Shown here in pieces: positions 34,814-42,791 of a stretch of DNA of 42,791 nucleotides. This DNA comes from Actinomycetes bacterium (GTDB lineage Bacteria > Actinomycetota > Thermoleophilia > Gaiellales > Gaiellaceae): contig JAUVPB010000001.1 in the NCBI GenBank assembly GCA_030598925.1, positions 1 through 42,791 of the forward strand, read 5' to 3'. Positions within the stretch are counted from its first letter, which is position 1. Every line of letters begins with the position of its first letter. Below the pieces are notes generated by a model. That model had not been told where the DNA came from. It saw only the letters and a program-made list of their open reading frames with translations, and ran no database searches. The position numbers and the translations under genes are program-made.

Positions 34814-35893
34814 ATGACGCGAGCAACCGGCACCCTCCTGTTCGTTGCGATCGCTATGGTCGTCGCGGTGGCCGCGTGTGGCGGGAGCGACGAGGCGGCA
34901 CCCGAAACGCAGCCGCCGGCGCCTGCCGAAGAGGCCGTTTCGCCGCAGGCGGACGAGCAGGGCTCCGCGACCGACGAACAGGGCTCCGCGACCGACCAGC
35001 AAGGCTCCGGGAACGCCGAAACTCTGCAGGGCCTGCTCGATGCCGTCCCGGGTGAAGATGTGGCGATCGTGTGGGGCACGGGCGACCTCGAGCCCGGCGA
35101 GATCCGTCTCAGCTTTCTCGTCGTTGACGATGCGGGCGAGTTGACGCAGGCGCCGACTGCGGAGTTCGTTGTGGGCAAGGTGGAAGTCGACGAGGCGGGC
35201 GAGGCCGAGATCGACGCTGAGCAGATTCTGGCCACTCCGGCGGCGACGGGCACGGCCTCACTCGAATCGGTCGATGCCGGACCACACGACCATGGTGATG
35301 GGGGGCTGGAGCCACACGATCACATCGATGCCACCGACCTGTATGTCGCGCAGCTCGAGCTCTCCGAGCCCGGTCTCTACTGGGCCGTCGCCACACCGAG
35401 CGAGGGCAACATCCAGGCCTTCGGCACCTTCGAGGTGCGTGCGGAAGGGATCGCGCCGAGCGTGGGGGACGAGGCGATTGCCTCTGACACGCCCACTCTC
35501 GACGACGGACCGGCAGAAACCTTGACCACGCTCGAGCCACCGGCGGAGGGACTGCTGAGGCACTCGATCGCCGAGTCGATTGCCGACGGTGCGCCGTTCG
35601 TCGTGATCTTCGCGACGCCGGCCTTCTGCCAAACGCGGGTGTGCGGGCCCGTGGTTGAGACGGTCGATCAGGTTCGCGCGCTGTATGAGGCCGACGGCAT
35701 CCGGTTCATTCAGGTCGAGATCTACACCGACAACGATCCGAACAACGGCGTCAACGAGTGGGTTGCGGAGTGGGGCTTGCCGAGCGAGCCGTGGACGTTC
35801 CTCGTGGACGCTAGCGGGATCATCCAGGGGCGGTTCGAGGGCGCGATGTCAGCTCGAGAGCTGACAGAGGCGATCGAGCGCACGCTCCTTTAG
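34814..35893 (+). CDS. Secreted lipoprotein with a His-rich segment and a C-terminal thioredoxin-fold (TlpA/Sco-like) domain
   Basis: Lipobox LLFVAIAMVVAVAACGG. HDHGDGGLEPHDH. C-terminus PFVVIFATPAFCQTRVCGP...WTFLVDASGIIQGRFEG resembles redoxin/Sco-type folds, with a CxxxxC pair. Confidence 0.68.
   Translation: MTRATGTLLFVAIAMVVAVAACGGSDEAAPETQPPAPAEEAVSPQADEQGSATDEQGSATDQQGSGNAETLQGLLDAVPGEDVAIVWGTGDLEPGEIRLSFLVVDDAGELTQAPTAEFVVGKVEVDEAGEAEIDAEQILATPAATGTASLESVDAGPHDHGDGGLEPHDHIDATDLYVAQLELSEPGLYWAVATPSEGNIQAFGTFEVRAEGIAPSVGDEAIASDTPTLDDGPAETLTTLEPPAEGLLRHSIAESIADGAPFVVIFATPAFCQTRVCGPVVETVDQVRALYEADGIRFIQVEIYTDNDPNNGVNEWVAEWGLPSEPWTFLVDASGIIQGRFEGAMSARELTEAIERTLL
34952..35014 (+). repeat. 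21-bp tandem repeat (2 near-identical copies plus 1 degenerate) inside the lipoprotein gene
   Basis: gacgagcagggctccgcgacc / gacgaacagggctccgcgacc / gaccagcaaggctccgggaac, encoding DEQGSAT DEQGSAT DQQGSGN. Confidence 0.85.
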
Positions 35894-35991
35894 CAGCCCC
35901 TGGGCGTCCCTCCCTCAGGTTGCGGGCGACAGAGAGAGCACAACCTGGCGTAACCGCGCTCGCTGTTCGCCCACGGGGTAGCCTTGACGCG

Positions 35992-37020
35992 ATGAAAGCT
36001 ACCTCCGGGTCGCTGGGACTGACGGTTGGCGGAGGCTGTGCGGCCAAGTTTCCCGCGAAACGTCTCGAAGAGCTGCTCAAGGGCTTCGTACCGGTCGAGG
36101 CTGAGGACCTGCTCGTCGGGCTTGCCCCGGCCGACGACGCCGCCGTGTACCGACTCGACGACTCGCGTGCGATCGTCTTCACGATCGACTTCTTTCCGCC
36201 GATGGTCGACGATCCCGAGGCGTTCGGCGCGATCGCCGCAACGAACGCACTCAATGATGTCTTCGCGATGGGCGCGTCGCCACTGCTCGCGCTCTCAGTG
36301 GCGGCGTTTCCAGAGGACATATCGGACGACACCGTCGCGACCGTGTTTGCTGCCGCTGACGCCAAGGTGCGCGAGGCTGGCGGGATCCTGGCGGGCGGTC
36401 ATACGATCCGCGACGAGCAGGCGAAGTACGGCCTGGCAGTCGTCGGTACGGCGCCGCCCGAGGCGATCTGGCGCAAGTCGTCAGCCGCGGCGGGCGACGT
36501 CCTGCTGCTCACGAAACCGCTTGGTACAGGCATCGTTCTTGCGGCGGCCAACCGGAACACGATCGATTCGCGGTTCCGGGACGGGGCGGTCGAGCAGATG
36601 ACCGAGCTCAATGCACGAGCAGCAGAGATTCTGCGCCCCCGCGGACCGAGTGCGGCAACCGACGTCACCGGTTTTGGTCTGTTCGGGCACACCATGGAGA
36701 TGGCTGAGCGCAGCCAGGTGAAGATTGTTCTCGACGCCGAGGCGCTGCCGCCGATGCCAGGCGCCCTCGAGGCCGCAAGCGCCGGCATCCGTACGGGAGG
36801 CGACGCCCTGAACCGCGAGCTCGTGGCGGGTCGCGTCGACACGGAGGGGCTGGACGAGCGAATCGACATCATCGGCCACGATCCCCAGACGGCCGGCGGG
36901 CTCCTCGTGGCGGTGGCGCCCGACCGCGTAGCCGTCCTGGAGGCGACATTCGCTTCCGAGGGGCTCTTCCTCGCCTGCGTTGGCAGGGTCGAGGACGGCT
37001 CGGGCGTTGTGGTTCGCTAG
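35992..37020 (+). CDS. selD: Selenide, water dikinase (selenophosphate synthetase), Cys-type
   Basis: N-terminus LTVGGGCAAKFPAKRLEELL matches E. coli SelD HGAGCGCKISPKVLE (Cys17/Lys20). Also ..DDAAVY.., ..DFFPPMVDDP..FG.IAATNALNDVFAMG.. and ..ATDVTGFGL.GH. (the PurM-like AIR-synthase fold). Start taken at the ATG at 35992. Confidence 0.9.
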   Translation: MKATSGSLGLTVGGGCAAKFPAKRLEELLKGFVPVEAEDLLVGLAPADDAAVYRLDDSRAIVFTIDFFPPMVDDPEAFGAIAATNALNDVFAMGASPLLALSVAAFPEDISDDTVATVFAAADAKVREAGGILAGGHTIRDEQAKYGLAVVGTAPPEAIWRKSSAAAGDVLLLTKPLGTGIVLAAANRNTIDSRFRDGAVEQMTELNARAAEILRPRGPSAATDVTGFGLFGHTMEMAERSQVKIVLDAEALPPMPGALEAASAGIRTGGDALNRELVAGRVDTEGLDERIDIIGHDPQTAGGLLVAVAPDRVAVLEATFASEGLFLACVGRVEDGSGVVVR

Positions 37021-37038
37021 TGACCTCGTAGACTCGGT

Positions 37039-38007
37039 TTGATGGGGATGGCGAGCCGGGCGAGCGCGCGGAGACGCAGCCGCCAGGTGTCGCCGATCAC
37101 ACTCTCGCGCCTGGCCGACGTCGCGCTTCTTGCGGTGTTTCTCGTTGTCGTGTCCGGAGCCGTCGTGCGACTCACCGACTCCGGCCTCGGGTGCGACAAC
37201 TGGCCCAACTGCAGCGAGACGCCGTTTCCCCAGCGGGAGTTCCACGCCACCGTCGAGTTCGTCAACCGCATTGTCGCGATGATCGGGATCCTGCTGACAC
37301 TTGTCGTGGCTGCGGCGGCACGGTTCGTCCGGCCTCGTGCAGTCCGCGTGTCTCGAGCCGCACTCATCGCCGCCGTGGGAATGGTCGCCCAGATCCCGCT
37401 CGGAGGGCTCACCGTGATACTCGATCTCCACCCGCTCGCAGTAATGAGCCACTTTCTGCTCGCGCTCGTCGTGCTTGGCGTCTCGGTCTTCGTGGCGCTC
37501 GAGGCTCGGCGCCACGCACGCGGCGCTCCTGCGCCGGTGAACGAAAAGACGGCACGCGGCGCAACCATCGTCGCGGTCGCGCTACTGCCGCTCGCGGCGC
37601 TGTTGGTCGTCACTGGCGCCTTCGTGACCTCGGCGGGGCCTCACCCCGGCGGAGACGGTGTCGAGCGGCTGGGCGATTTCTGGACGTCTCTGCGAGTCCA
37701 CGTCTGGATGACCGGGTCGTTCGGGCTCGCTTTCGCCGGACTGCTCGGCCTGCTGTGCGCGGCCCGTCGCGAGCTCCAGCCCGTGCTTGTACTGGCCGCC
37801 GCCGTGCTGGTCGTACTCGTGACACAGATGGTCGTAGGCGAGCTTCAACGCAACAATGGACTGCCCTGGGAGCTGGTGCTTGCCCACGTCGCAATGGGCT
37901 CGCTCATCTGGGCCGGAATGGTCGCCGTCGCGGTCGAGCTCGTGCGGGTGACCGGGTGGCCTGAACGGCACTGGTTGCGCGGCCCATACACTCTCAAACA
38001 TCCCTGA
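37039..38007 (+). CDS. ctaA: Heme A synthase (COX15/CtaA family)
   Basis: Polytopic membrane protein with GAVVRLTDSGLGCDNWPNC (the CtaA extracellular Cys pair motif) and conserved His in TM helices (HATVEF.., HPLAVMSHF.., VHVW.., AHVAMG). The exact start is uncertain. Confidence 0.85.
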   Translation: MMGMASRASARRRSRQVSPITLSRLADVALLAVFLVVVSGAVVRLTDSGLGCDNWPNCSETPFPQREFHATVEFVNRIVAMIGILLTLVVAAAARFVRPRAVRVSRAALIAAVGMVAQIPLGGLTVILDLHPLAVMSHFLLALVVLGVSVFVALEARRHARGAPAPVNEKTARGATIVAVALLPLAALLVVTGAFVTSAGPHPGGDGVERLGDFWTSLRVHVWMTGSFGLAFAGLLGLLCAARRELQPVLVLAAAVLVVLVTQMVVGELQRNNGLPWELVLAHVAMGSLIWAGMVAVAVELVRVTGWPERHWLRGPYTLKHP

Positions 38008-38050
38008 GCCGCTTCGCATCGAGCATCGCCCCGACCTGAACCGCCCGATC

Positions 38051-38887
38051 ATGGTGACGTCATTCCGTGGCTGGAACGATGGCGCACAGGGGGCGTCGCT
38101 TGCGGCTGAGTTCCTCGCCCGGCAGTGGGATGCGACTCAGTTCGCTGACGTCGATCCGGAGGAGTTCTTCGACTTCCAGGATGTGCGCCCGCACGTCAAG
38201 CTCGAGGATGGCTTGACACGGCGGATCAACTGGCCCGAAAACGCCTTCTCTCATGCTGCGATACCGGGAACTGACCGCCATCTCGTGTTGCTCCAGGGCA
38301 TCGAGCCAAGCCTCAAATGGCGGACGTTCACGAAGCTGATCCTTGGTCTCGCAGAGGAACTTGGAGTCGAGACAATCTTGACCTTCGGCGCGCTGCTTGC
38401 AGACGTGCCACATACTCGGGACGTCCCGATAACGGGAGCCGGTAGCGACTCGGAGCTCATGGACGAGCTCGGGCTCGCGGCGTCGCGGTACGAGGGCCCG
38501 ACGGGCATCGTCGGCGTGCTCCATGACGCGTGCCGCGAAGTGGGGCTGCCGTCGGCAAGCATCTGGGCCGCCGTTCCCCACTACGCGTCGCTAGCGCCCA
38601 GCCCGAAGGCCGCGCTCGCGCTCTGCGAGAAGCTTGCGCGCTTTCTCAAGGTCGAGGTCGACCTGACCGAGCTCGAAGAGGCGCGTGACTCCTACCAGGA
38701 GCAGGTGACTGCCGCCGTGGCCGCAGACGAGGAGACGGCCCGCTACGTCGTTCAGCTCGAGGAGCAATCAGACGCTATTGACGAGGCCGACATTCCGTCA
38801 GGCGACGCCCTGGCCGCCGAGCTCAGCAGATTTCTTCGAGAGCACGAAGCTCGCCGACGAGAAGAAGAGGACGACGCTCGTAGCTAG
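38051..38887 (+). CDS. PAC2 (proteasome assembly chaperone 2-like) family protein
   Basis: MVTSFRGWNDGAQGASLAAEFL...LLQGIEPSLKWRTF...YEGPTGIVGVL...IWAAVPHY is the actinobacterial PAC2 family pattern, with an acidic C-terminus. Confidence 0.8.
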   Translation: MVTSFRGWNDGAQGASLAAEFLARQWDATQFADVDPEEFFDFQDVRPHVKLEDGLTRRINWPENAFSHAAIPGTDRHLVLLQGIEPSLKWRTFTKLILGLAEELGVETILTFGALLADVPHTRDVPITGAGSDSELMDELGLAASRYEGPTGIVGVLHDACREVGLPSASIWAAVPHYASLAPSPKAALALCEKLARFLKVEVDLTELEEARDSYQEQVTAAVAADEETARYVVQLEEQSDAIDEADIPSGDALAAELSRFLREHEARRREEEDDARS

Positions 38888-41715
38888 GACGTAGCGCGTG
38901 GTGGCGCGCTCGGTTCTGTCTCGTGCTCGCCGTCGCCTTGCGGCTCGGACGTGAGCTCCGGCTGCGCGTCAGCCTCTTCGGCCGCCGGCGCAGAGTCCTT
39001 CGCTGTCTCGTCGGAACCGCCCTCGCTGCTCGCTGCGACTCTCGCGCGCGCCGAGCGCCGCCGGCGGCGCCGTCGAGACGAGCGGCTGCGTCCCGGTGCG
39101 CGCTTCTGTGGATCGGTGCCGTTGGCCGGACTCGCGCCGGTCGCTTGGTCCTCGCCACTCTCGTCGCTCGCGCCTTCTCCCGCACCGTTCCCGCCGAGTT
39201 CTGATCCGTCGCCCGAGTCGGACGGCGAGCCCTGCGCCACGCCGTTCGCCGTCTCCTCGGCGGCCGCTGCTGCAGCGGCCGCATCGGTGGCCGCGGTGCC
39301 GTCCTCAGTCACAGCTCCATTCTCCGAGGCCGCCGCGGCCCCGCTCTTCGCGCCCTTCTTCTTGCGCCGCCGCCGCCGCTTCGTCGCCTTGGGTTGCGGC
39401 AAGTTGTCGGCTAGCGCGTTCGCGACTTCCTGCACGGTGCCAATGCGTTCGCGGGCCCGATCGATGAGCTGCTGCGCGGTGGGCGTGTAGCCCTCGGCTG
39501 AGGCGAGAAGCGCCGCCGCAACGTGAATCGGCTGCTGTAGCGCAACGTTCACGAGTCGTGCCGCATTCTCCTCGTGGCGGTGCCGGCGCGAGTTCGCCAG
39601 CGTGCCGAGCAGCTTCTTCGCGTCAGGAAACTCTGCGCTGGCGCGCCGGTCCTGGTACTTCCGTGTCACCTTGGCAAGGCGCCAGGTCCACCGTTCAAGA
39701 ATGTCGACGGGTACATCGACGACTCCCTCGCCGAGGCCTCTCAGGAGCACGCGCACGCCCTGGACCCGGTCCTTCTCCCAGATCGGCGACGAAGAAACGA
39801 TGGTGACGAGGTCGTCGAAATCTGCCCGATCGATGGTGGTCGAGACTCGATCGCCGAGCGCCGCAAGTCGGAGCTTGCGGTTGGGGTTCTCGGCAGCACA
39901 TGCCATGAGGAAGAGCTCGCGGCACTCGCGGCTCGTGATCGCGAGCTTCTCGGCGAACGTCTGCCGTTCCTCGATGCGCACTTGGCGCCCGGCGAGGCGG
40001 GCCCACAGCTCCTGCTCGTCGCTCGAGAGCTTGCTCGGGTTGATGCGCTGCCACTCGCGTCCGATCACTGCGACGCGGCGCTGCGGATCGGGGGTTACCG
40101 GTACGAGCCACGACGCCGGCGAGAGCTTTCGTCGAGCCCGTCGCTGGACACGGCGACGCGGTGCAGGCGTGACGCGCGCGCCAGGCCTGTAGAAGTCCGA
40201 GTCCAGGAGACTGTGAATCGTGACGGTCCGCTCGCTGTGCGTTGAGGCGGCGTCGACGAAATCGACCACGACACCGGCCTCCTTGCGCGGGTGGATACGC
40301 ATTACGCGCCCGATGCGCTGCTGGTAGACGCGCCGGCTTGCCGTCGGGGCTAGATGCATACAGACGGTCGCGCGCGGTGAGTTCCAGCCCTCTGCGAGCA
40401 GCTGAGCGTTGATCAGAACGTTGATCTCGCCCCGCTCGTACGCGGCAAGAGTTTCGGCGAGCTTGACTGGAGGCGTTCGACCGCTCACCGCCTCGGCCTT
40501 GAGGCCGGCGGCTCGAAACTCGCGTCCGAGGTTGTACGCGTGCTCCACACCCGCCGCGTAGACGATGCCGGGCGTGTCGCCGAACCGATCGCGATACAGG
40601 CTCGCCGCGGCATGGTTGATCAGCTCGTGGTCGAGCACTCGCGCCAACTCTTCCTGGTCGTAGTCGCCGCCGACGATCGGTACCGACGAGATGGCGGCGG
40701 CGGGCGGGACGCGGAGCGAGCGAAGGGGTGCGATCAGTCCGCGCCGCGCGGCGTCGCCGAGCGGTAGATCGTCGACCGAGGCCGGGAAGACGTCGGAGAC
40801 CTGCTTCGCGATCAACTCCTCCGTCGCCGTCATTCCGATGTAGATGGGTTCCGGCAGGCTTCGGATCGCGGCACTCGTCTTCTCACCGAGCGCCGTGTGT
40901 GCTTCGTCGCAGATCACAAGCTGGTACGCGTCGCGGCTGAGCGAGGCGACATGTCGCGTGAACCACGCGTAGGTCTGAACGGTGATCGGGTTCGCGTGGT
41001 GTGCGGTCGCGCCCTCGAGGATGGCGTCCGTGAACCGCTTGCCGTAGCCCTCCGTCGTGAGGTCACGATGGAACTGATTGACGAGCAATCGCCGGTGGGT
41101 GAGGATCAGCACACCCATCGAGCGAGCGGCGTCGACGAATCCGGCCGCCGCGATCGTCTTGCCAGAAGCAGTCGGGTGCCGGAAGCGAAAACGTCGCGCG
41201 GCTCCGGGATCATCGATCTCTTCCTCGAGTTCGGCGTCGTCCGCTTCGTCGGCTTGCTCGTCGTCGTCGTCGGCGACGACGTCCTCGCTCGGCGGTGGCT
41301 CCTCGAGTTCCTCGGCTGTCTCGTCGGCCCCGTTGCCGCTCGTTTCGTTCAGAGCAATGAGTTCAGTCAGCATGCCTGCGAGGGCGTCGGTCTGGTGGCG
41401 TCGCAGTTCCGTTCCGCCAGCCGTCTGTGGCGACTGCTCGCTCAGCACGCGCTCGAGGCCGAGCATCAGCGCGAACGAGACTGTCCATTCCCTCGATGGC
41501 GCGCTACGACCCGTCTCAATCTCGGCGAGGCCGGCGTCGAGGGCGCGACGACGAGCGCTCCCCTCCATCAGGGCAGTCGTAGGCTCCTCCCCTTCGTGAA
41601 GGAGCGGTTCGCCTGCCCAGAGTCCGACCTGTTCGGCGAGCGCCGACAAGCCTTCAGCCTCGGCCAGCGTGGCAGCTAGGTGCGGTGTTTCGTTTTGCAT
41701 GCGTGCAGCGCGCAA
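38884..41715 (-). CDS. Superfamily-2 DEAD/DEAH-box helicase (Res/SSL2-like core) with a large C-terminal domain and an Arg-rich disordered tail
   Basis: Walker A HPTASGKT, DEAH box VICDEAHT, motif III MTAT and motif VI YQQRIGRVMR. An acidic insert of about 45 aa precedes Walker A. The last 200 aa or so are low-complexity (RRRRRKKK, RSRSSRRRRRRR). The start may be the M at 41700. Confidence 0.85.
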   Translation of the reverse strand: MRAARMQNETPHLAATLAEAEGLSALAEQVGLWAGEPLLHEGEEPTTALMEGSARRRALDAGLAEIETGRSAPSREWTVSFALMLGLERVLSEQSPQTAGGTELRRHQTDALAGMLTELIALNETSGNGADETAEELEEPPPSEDVVADDDDEQADEADDAELEEEIDDPGAARRFRFRHPTASGKTIAAAGFVDAARSMGVLILTHRRLLVNQFHRDLTTEGYGKRFTDAILEGATAHHANPITVQTYAWFTRHVASLSRDAYQLVICDEAHTALGEKTSAAIRSLPEPIYIGMTATEELIAKQVSDVFPASVDDLPLGDAARRGLIAPLRSLRVPPAAAISSVPIVGGDYDQEELARVLDHELINHAAASLYRDRFGDTPGIVYAAGVEHAYNLGREFRAAGLKAEAVSGRTPPVKLAETLAAYERGEINVLINAQLLAEGWNSPRATVCMHLAPTASRRVYQQRIGRVMRIHPRKEAGVVVDFVDAASTHSERTVTIHSLLDSDFYRPGARVTPAPRRRVQRRARRKLSPASWLVPVTPDPQRRVAVIGREWQRINPSKLSSDEQELWARLAGRQVRIEERQTFAEKLAITSRECRELFLMACAAENPNRKLRLAALGDRVSTTIDRADFDDLVTIVSSSPIWEKDRVQGVRVLLRGLGEGVVDVPVDILERWTWRLAKVTRKYQDRRASAEFPDAKKLLGTLANSRRHRHEENAARLVNVALQQPIHVAAALLASAEGYTPTAQQLIDRARERIGTVQEVANALADNLPQPKATKRRRRRKKKGAKSGAAAASENGAVTEDGTAATDAAAAAAAAEETANGVAQGSPSDSGDGSELGGNGAGEGASDESGEDQATGASPANGTDPQKRAPGRSRSSRRRRRRRSARARVAASSEGGSDETAKDSAPAAEEADAQPELTSEPQGDGEHETEPSAPPRATS

Positions 41716-41942
41716 GCGCCGCGAACTTCAAAAGAGCGGAGCACACATCGACAGGGCTGCGTGCGCTCTGACCGCAGCATATCAGCGCAGCTCTGCGTCG
41801 TCTGCGTCAATGAGCGGCCGGCTTGACCCGCTGGCGTCGAGTGCGCGACATGTCTGTAGCAGCAGGATCGCTGGTTCCTCGGTTCCGACACCGATGGGCC
41901 GGCTGGTTAGGGCGCTCGCCGGTCGGCTAAGCTCGCTCGGCA

Positions 41943-42605
41943 GTGGCCTGGAGCGACGATTTCACGCGGGAGACGGCACGGTATCGCGACGGGCTGGCGC
42001 GTTTGCCAGACGACAGCAACGAGCGTCAGCGCCAGCTGACCCGCGTTGCCAACGCGGCGCTCGGCGCGGGCTTCGCACATCTAATGGCAGGCCAGCGCAA
42101 CGAAGCGGAGGACTGGCTCCGTGAGGCTGCGTCGCGCTACCGAGAGAGCTACGCAGGAGCGCCACCCGACAGCTGGGGCCGGATGATCGGCGCCGTCAAG
42201 CTCCGCGTGATCGTGGGCGACTGGGCGGGTGCGTGCGACGACGCTCGTTGGACGCTCGCGAACGATGCCGCGAGTGCCCCATCGCCGATCGGTCGTTACG
42301 CGGCGGCCGTGGCCCAGCTGGTCCTCGACGATGACGCGGCCGCGGGCAGCCTTGCGGAGAGCTTGCTCGAGGAGGGCGGAGACCGCTTCCCCGCCGACGT
42401 GGCCGAAGCGATCAGCGGGATCGCGGCCCGGGATGAGGACCGCTACGTGGCTGCTGTCGCGTCGGTGGTCGAGTCGTTCGAGACTCGAGATGAGTACCTC
42501 GAGGACGTCGCGATCGCCGACACGGCTCTCATGTTGGCGTCGATTGCCGCTCGGCGAGGAATCGAGACGTCGGTCGACTCACCGCTCCTTCCGCCGGCCG
42601 TGTGA
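41943..42605 (+). CDS. Hypothetical all-alpha protein, translationally abutting the downstream redoxin gene
   Basis: 220-aa ORF with GC3-rich codon usage consistent with its neighbours. I recognise no motif. GTG start. Its stop (TGA, 42603-42605) overlaps the ATG at 42605 by 1 nt. Confidence 0.5.
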   Translation: MAWSDDFTRETARYRDGLARLPDDSNERQRQLTRVANAALGAGFAHLMAGQRNEAEDWLREAASRYRESYAGAPPDSWGRMIGAVKLRVIVGDWAGACDDARWTLANDAASAPSPIGRYAAAVAQLVLDDDAAAGSLAESLLEEGGDRFPADVAEAISGIAARDEDRYVAAVASVVESFETRDEYLEDVAIADTALMLASIAARRGIETSVDSPLLPPAV

Positions 42606-42791
42606 TGAGGCCCGAACTCGCCGTCGGCTCTTGCTTCCCCGACCTTGAGTTGCCCGATCAGACAGCCACGCCGCGGCGCTTGTCGGCGATTGCGGCGGAC
42701 CGGCCGCTCGTACTCGCGTTCAGCCGAGGCTGGTGGTGACCGAAGGAACCGATCAGGCTACGCGGGCTCGTGGCCATGCAGGACGAGATCG
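42605..42791 (+). CDS. AhpC/TSA-redoxin family protein with an in-frame TGA at the active-site Cys position (candidate selenoprotein), 3'-partial at the window end
   Basis: MRPELAVGSCFPDLELPDQTATPRRLSAIAADRPLVLAFSRGWW[TGA 42737-42739]PKEPIRLRGLVAMQDEI. The same frame stays open to the window end. The pattern matches redoxins of the type ...L.L.RGHYCPKEHQQH..L......EI, in which Cys precedes PKE. Confidence 0.6.
42756..42775 (+). other. Candidate SECIS-like hairpin downstream of the TGA at 42737
   Basis: ggctacg (42756-42762) pairs with cgtggcc (42769-42775): 7 bp including one GU. The G-rich loop cgggct begins 24 nt after the TGA. Confidence 0.35.

Noticed and set aside
1-42791. Looked for a mobile element, prophage, genomic island or defence island (integrase, transposase, terminal repeats, tRNA attachment site, restriction/abortive-infection partners of the helicase)
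   Set aside because: None was found. Composition and codon style look uniform by eye across the window. The only AT-richer patches are short promoter-like regions (19910-19990 and 33140-33212).

Overview
Very GC-rich, densely coding chromosomal segment with an actinobacterial character (many GTG/TTG starts, 4-nt ATGA start/stop overlaps, leaderless-looking starts, PAC2, CtaA and SigH/R-RsrA-type genes). I ran no searches; every call rests on motifs read in the supplied translations and DNA. Content, left to right:
- A rearranged urease accessory cluster (ureC 5'-partial, ureG, tag, ureD, ureE, then an opposite-strand ECF42-type sigma factor plus DGPF/YCII protein, then ureF).
- A co-directional catabolic cluster: LLM oxidoreductase, MmgE/PrpD, hydantoin-racemase-like protein, a 1292-aa fused hydantoinase/oxoprolinase A+B, and an acyl-CoA ligase.
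- arfB, then a divergent family III CoA-transferase and an isobutyryl-CoA-mutase-like large subunit.
- Two tandem TenA paralogs, an HtrA protease with repeat-encoded N-terminus, and an HMA protein followed by a SigH/R-type sigma with a ZAS anti-sigma.
- Housekeeping and redox genes: nadE, an acs-like ligase, an M16 peptidase, an FMN reductase, selD, ctaA, PAC2 and a large SF2 helicase.

I saw no rRNA, tRNA, CRISPR array, transposase or integrase.

The main result is evidence for selenocysteine recoding. Two genes carry an in-frame TGA where their families have a redox or catalytic Cys: a MerB/alkylmercury-lyase-family gene at 27888 and a CPKE-type redoxin at 42737. Each TGA is followed by a hairpin at SECIS-like spacing, and selD lies in the same window. 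The MerB-like gene also has a 1-nt frameshift in a C-run, so a decaying pseudogene remains a live alternative.

Other points of interest are a 359-bp divergent intergenic region packed with nested helices (candidate structured RNA) and a sequence-perfect GGAAT-N18-GTT promoter in front of the sigma/anti-sigma pair.
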